Program-made: the position numbers and the translations under genes
Shown here: positions 62,167 to 64,000 of the stretch, piece after piece
Layout of the letters: every line of letters begins with the position of its first letter
Numbering within the stretch: position 1 is the stretch's first letter
NCBI GenBank assembly: GCA_964016885.1
Contig: OZ024742.1
Location: 155,186,001 to 155,250,000, forward strand
Source of the DNA: Eledone cirrhosa
Lineage: Eukaryota
Length of the DNA: 64,000 bases
Direction: 5' to 3'
Notes under the pieces: model-generated
Told to the model about the DNA's origin: nothing
Database searches by the model: none
The model's input: the letters and a program-made list of their open reading frames with translations, nothing else

Positions 62167-64000
62167 CACATTAGTACAAATACAAACTAACACTTATTAA
62201 GTATTTAAATATATATATATATATTGTTTACAGTATAATATAATAAAGATAAAAATAAAGATAAAAATAAAAATTAAATATAATATATAATTCCCTGTCA
62301 GTGTGCATAAACAATATAGAAACATTATAATAACATTATAATAACAATTTTATAATAGATTGGCATCAAAAGATATACAAAATTACAGCATACATATAAT
62401 TCAAGGTTAACAAATAGTATAAAGTTTTACACAGTGTAAGAAAAAATCATATAGAACTAAATTGTGTTGAAAACATTGTGTTGAAAAAATATCTATACCA
62501 TAGTAACAAATACACAGAGGTCAAGTCATATTACATTGGCATAAACATTACCAAAATATCACAAAATATTACAAAATATATTTACGTGGTTGACATACAC
62601 AGACATATATTAATGAAATTACATGGTCAGACAAACAGCGTGTGGTAGTAAAAAAATAAATAAAATAAAATAAACCGAAGATCGAAAAACAAAAACAAGT
62701 ATATTTACTTAGGTGTCACAAGCGGTTAAGTAAAAGAAAAAAGATAGAAATGTAGACCAGAGAGTTGACTAGAAAACCTTTTTAAATTAATTAATATTAA
62801 AAGTATTTAAAATACATATTTAGTCACTTCAAAATTGGCTAGTGTTTAAGTCATCAAAACCGTATAAGTTTAAGATATCTCAATAAAATTATCAAGAATA
62901 GAGTAAAATATGCTTCGTTCAGTCGAATAACGTTATCAATTAAAAGGACTCTAAATAGAACTATGGTAGACCAATGGGAACAGAAAGAAGGAGCATAAAA
63001 GGAAGGAGCATAAAAGTAAAATCAATATATTATATAATATCATAAAAAGGAGCATAAAGGTGAACTTTATATATAGTATAATAGAGGGGGCGGATATTAA
63101 GTGTGTAGAGGAGGAGGTTTATTAGTTGAATGAGACTCCAAACAAAGTATCTAATAAGATATAAACTCATAAGTTGTTAGTAGTGAAACTATAATAATGC
63201 TTAAGAAGATAGATAGGGTATGGTAGCCAAAAGACTATGGAAACTAAAATCGAAAAGCTGTAAAAAACTAATAATAATAATGATGATAGTAATCAAAATG
63301 AACCTAAACAAAAAAGATAAGGAAATATATCAGCTAATGGATACTATTTAAACTACCAGAACTTTTAGGTCTATAATAGAAGAAAGAATTAGAAATGGCA
63401 TGGGGGCAGGAAGAAAATATCTCAGACTTTCTATTAAGCAAAACTTCCCTTGAGAAAATTATAGAGTGGCTCTCTAGGGTACATAGATTACAGAATGTAG
63501 TGTGTGTTGATAGGTTATTAGAGCGTGCTACTATATGCCTATTAAGGCTATATGGCATACCAGCCCCTTTAAGATCCCAGATATGCTGTGCTAAAGAAGT
63601 AGAGTTCTTAAACTTAACATGTTTAAAATTAGAGATATGAGAATTAAACCTAGTTTTAAAAGTATTAGATGTGGAGCCTATATATGTGCTACTAGAAGAA
63701 TTAGTCTTAACTTCACAAACATAAACAATGTTCCTAGAGAGGCAGTGACCATTTAAAGGGCAGTTAATACTTACTCTAGAGTTACAATTCCGGGTGCTAT
63801 TGACCGGCTGAATGAGTGAGCATTACTCCTAGGGTTATTATAAGATAAGGTCTGCTCAGATGGTAAGGCATTAATGGATCCATCAATACTAGTAGTACGC
63901 AAAGAGGAGTAGCTGTCCCTAATTTTCCTATTGTTAGTGCTAGCTAAATGAGAACTAATATTAGGGTGGTAGAGAATGATAGTTTAATTACATTTTTATT
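61627..64000 (-). mobile_element. Penelope-like element 3' part (GIY-YIG domain, long 3'UTR and pLTR), running off the window
   Basis: Minus-strand translation of 63334-63790: CN..NCPLNGHCLSRNIVYVC..TYIGST..FKTRFNSH..HIWDLK..CNLC..LLNRKSE..CPH. Same endonuclease type as the 32.7-kb element. Inclusion of the whole 61.6-63.3 kb stretch as its UTR is inferred. Confidence 0.85.
61784..61821 (-). ncRNA. Minimal type I hammerhead near the PLE 3' end
   Basis: GCC-CTGATGA-GTCCT taat AGGAC-GAAA-tattg-TT-GGC. Confidence 0.75.

Overview
Eukaryotic, repeat-dominated, gene-poor window. The SINE families and the very large (TA)n/(TACA)n arrays are most consistent with an octopus or other cephalopod genome (inference). 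No host protein-coding gene could be confidently recognised; almost all ORFs in the supplied track are microsatellite artefacts. The window holds decayed non-LTR retrotransposons: a Dong/R4-type RLE element next to (TAA)n, three Tx1-type pieces with (TTA)n tails, a CR1/L2-type fragment and two CRE-type RLE fragments. It also holds two tRNA-derived SINE families and four Penelope-like element (PLE) coding copies of at least two types. The most notable signal is a dense set of hammerhead ribozyme (HHR) motifs from at least seven sequence-unrelated families. Several sit in short, ORF-less fold-back (palindromic) elements embedded in (TA)n, and they show recurrent core variants (U3-A8, U10.1-U11.1, one U4A). 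All folds and alignments were done by eye; none was computed or tested.
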